Part shown: positions 63,249-64,000 of the stretch, piece by piece
Position numbering within the stretch: position 1 is the first letter of the stretch
How the letters are laid out: each line of letters starts with the position of its first letter
Program-made: the position numbers and the translations under genes
NCBI GenBank assembly: GCA_965203425.1
Contig: OZ241891.1
Location: forward strand, 809,310 to 873,309
Reading direction: 5' to 3'
DNA: 64,000 nucleotides
Source of the DNA: Limisphaerales bacterium
Lineage (GTDB): Bacteria > Verrucomicrobiota > Verrucomicrobiia > Limisphaerales > AAA164-E04
The notes under the pieces: generated by a model
Told to the model about the DNA's origin: nothing
Seen by the model: only the letters and a program-made list of their open reading frames with translations
The model's database searches: none

Positions 63249-64000
63249 ATGCATGAACAAAAGGACACTTCTCTTGGTCGGGCGGCTTCGAACTGCTCGG
63301 TTTTCTCGCAATCCGCAACACTCTGCCCCCCCCCCCCCCGCGCGCTAGTCGACTGAAACGGCTCTTTTTGGCCGCCGCAATCTTGGCAATCGCCGCCGAA
63401 AGCCAAGCCCAAATGCCGATTACGCTAGACGGCACCAATGGGATGCGGGCCATGAAAATCACTTTTGGAGGCGACGGAAACTATCGGCCTTCGAGAAACG
63501 CTTCGTTCACCAGAGGAAGCAGCGGCGTGGCCAATTCTTCTGATCCAAGTTTGGGATCAAGCACTCAGCTGAACACTCTTTTAGAAGCCCGTCCTTCAAG
63601 CCCATTTCCCTACAAAACAAACATCATAGGCAGTTTTAGCACAGGACAGTACGTTCCTTTCGACAGCGGCCTGCCGATGTCTCGAATCGCCAACGGAGCG
63701 ACAAATAGCTTCAATGTGATCGGCCTTCGCTTCCTCATCTCGAACGACGTTCATTACTGGGACTTTGTCACCGATTCTGCTTCCGCGCTTCCTGCGGGTA
63801 CCGGCCAAACCTACTCTTACACCGCCAACAGCGAACGTTTTTTCAGCTTGGATGCAACGGTGGGCGCCACTTTTGACCAAGCCTTCAACCCCGGCACTTT
63901 TCGGATGGGAGGCGACAGCGATGGCATCCAACTGAGGATTGTGCCGGAACCGGAAGAATACGCCTTGGTTGTCGGCTTGGGTTTGCTGGCCTTTGCGTTC
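63249..64000 (+). CDS. PEP-CTERM surface protein, out of frame at a C14 tract (phase-OFF or homopolymer error); runs off window
   Basis: MHEQK start resembles MKEQK of 58474; that frame stops at 63354-63356; downstream frame RLFLAAAILAIAAESQAQ...VPEPEEYALVVGLGLL is open to 64000. Confidence 0.85.
63326..63339 (+). repeat. Poly-C (14) homopolymer in coding leader
   Basis: Counted directly. Confidence 0.95.

Noticed and set aside
1-64000. tRNA/rRNA genes, IS elements, prophage, or stop-codon recoding to explain in-frame stops
   Set aside because: No cloverleaf/rRNA signatures, transposases, integrases or phage structural genes recognised; in-frame stops are of different types (TAA, TAG) and confined to accessory genes, while core genes read normally in code 11.

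Overview
Bacterial chromosomal segment, most consistent with Verrucomicrobiota (inferred from PEP-CTERM proteins, TIGR03790, a prepilin-type N-terminal protein, LTD/CotH and DUF1080) and possibly host-associated (Sel1 and LRR proteins, many pseudogenes). Intact housekeeping genes (smc, recN, queD, luxE/luxC-like, msrA, fmt, nnr, dtd, mdh, glycogen debranching enzyme, PQQ dehydrogenase) alternate with accessory islets full of decaying surface-protein paralogs. No rRNA, tRNA, CRISPR array, transposase or reverse transcriptase was recognised. Main observations: (1) a repeating kb-scale sawtooth strand skew (G/T-rich to C/A-rich, then an abrupt reset) that ignores gene orientation and reshapes protein composition; (2) a PEP-CTERM family with simple-sequence repeats between start codon and signal peptide ((TCGGGCA)10 in frame; C14 out of frame), a cluster of orphan PEP-CTERM tails and a shared non-coding leader, i.e. 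a candidate phase/antigenic variation system; (3) a G18 tract in a methyltransferase; (4) a twice-occurring unannotated cassette of a Cys-bracketed helical-hairpin protein plus an acidic membrane-anchored partner; (5) candidate defence genes (methyltransferase-HNH fusion, a low-GC overlapping gene pair). Family assignments come from motif recognition only; no database searches were run.
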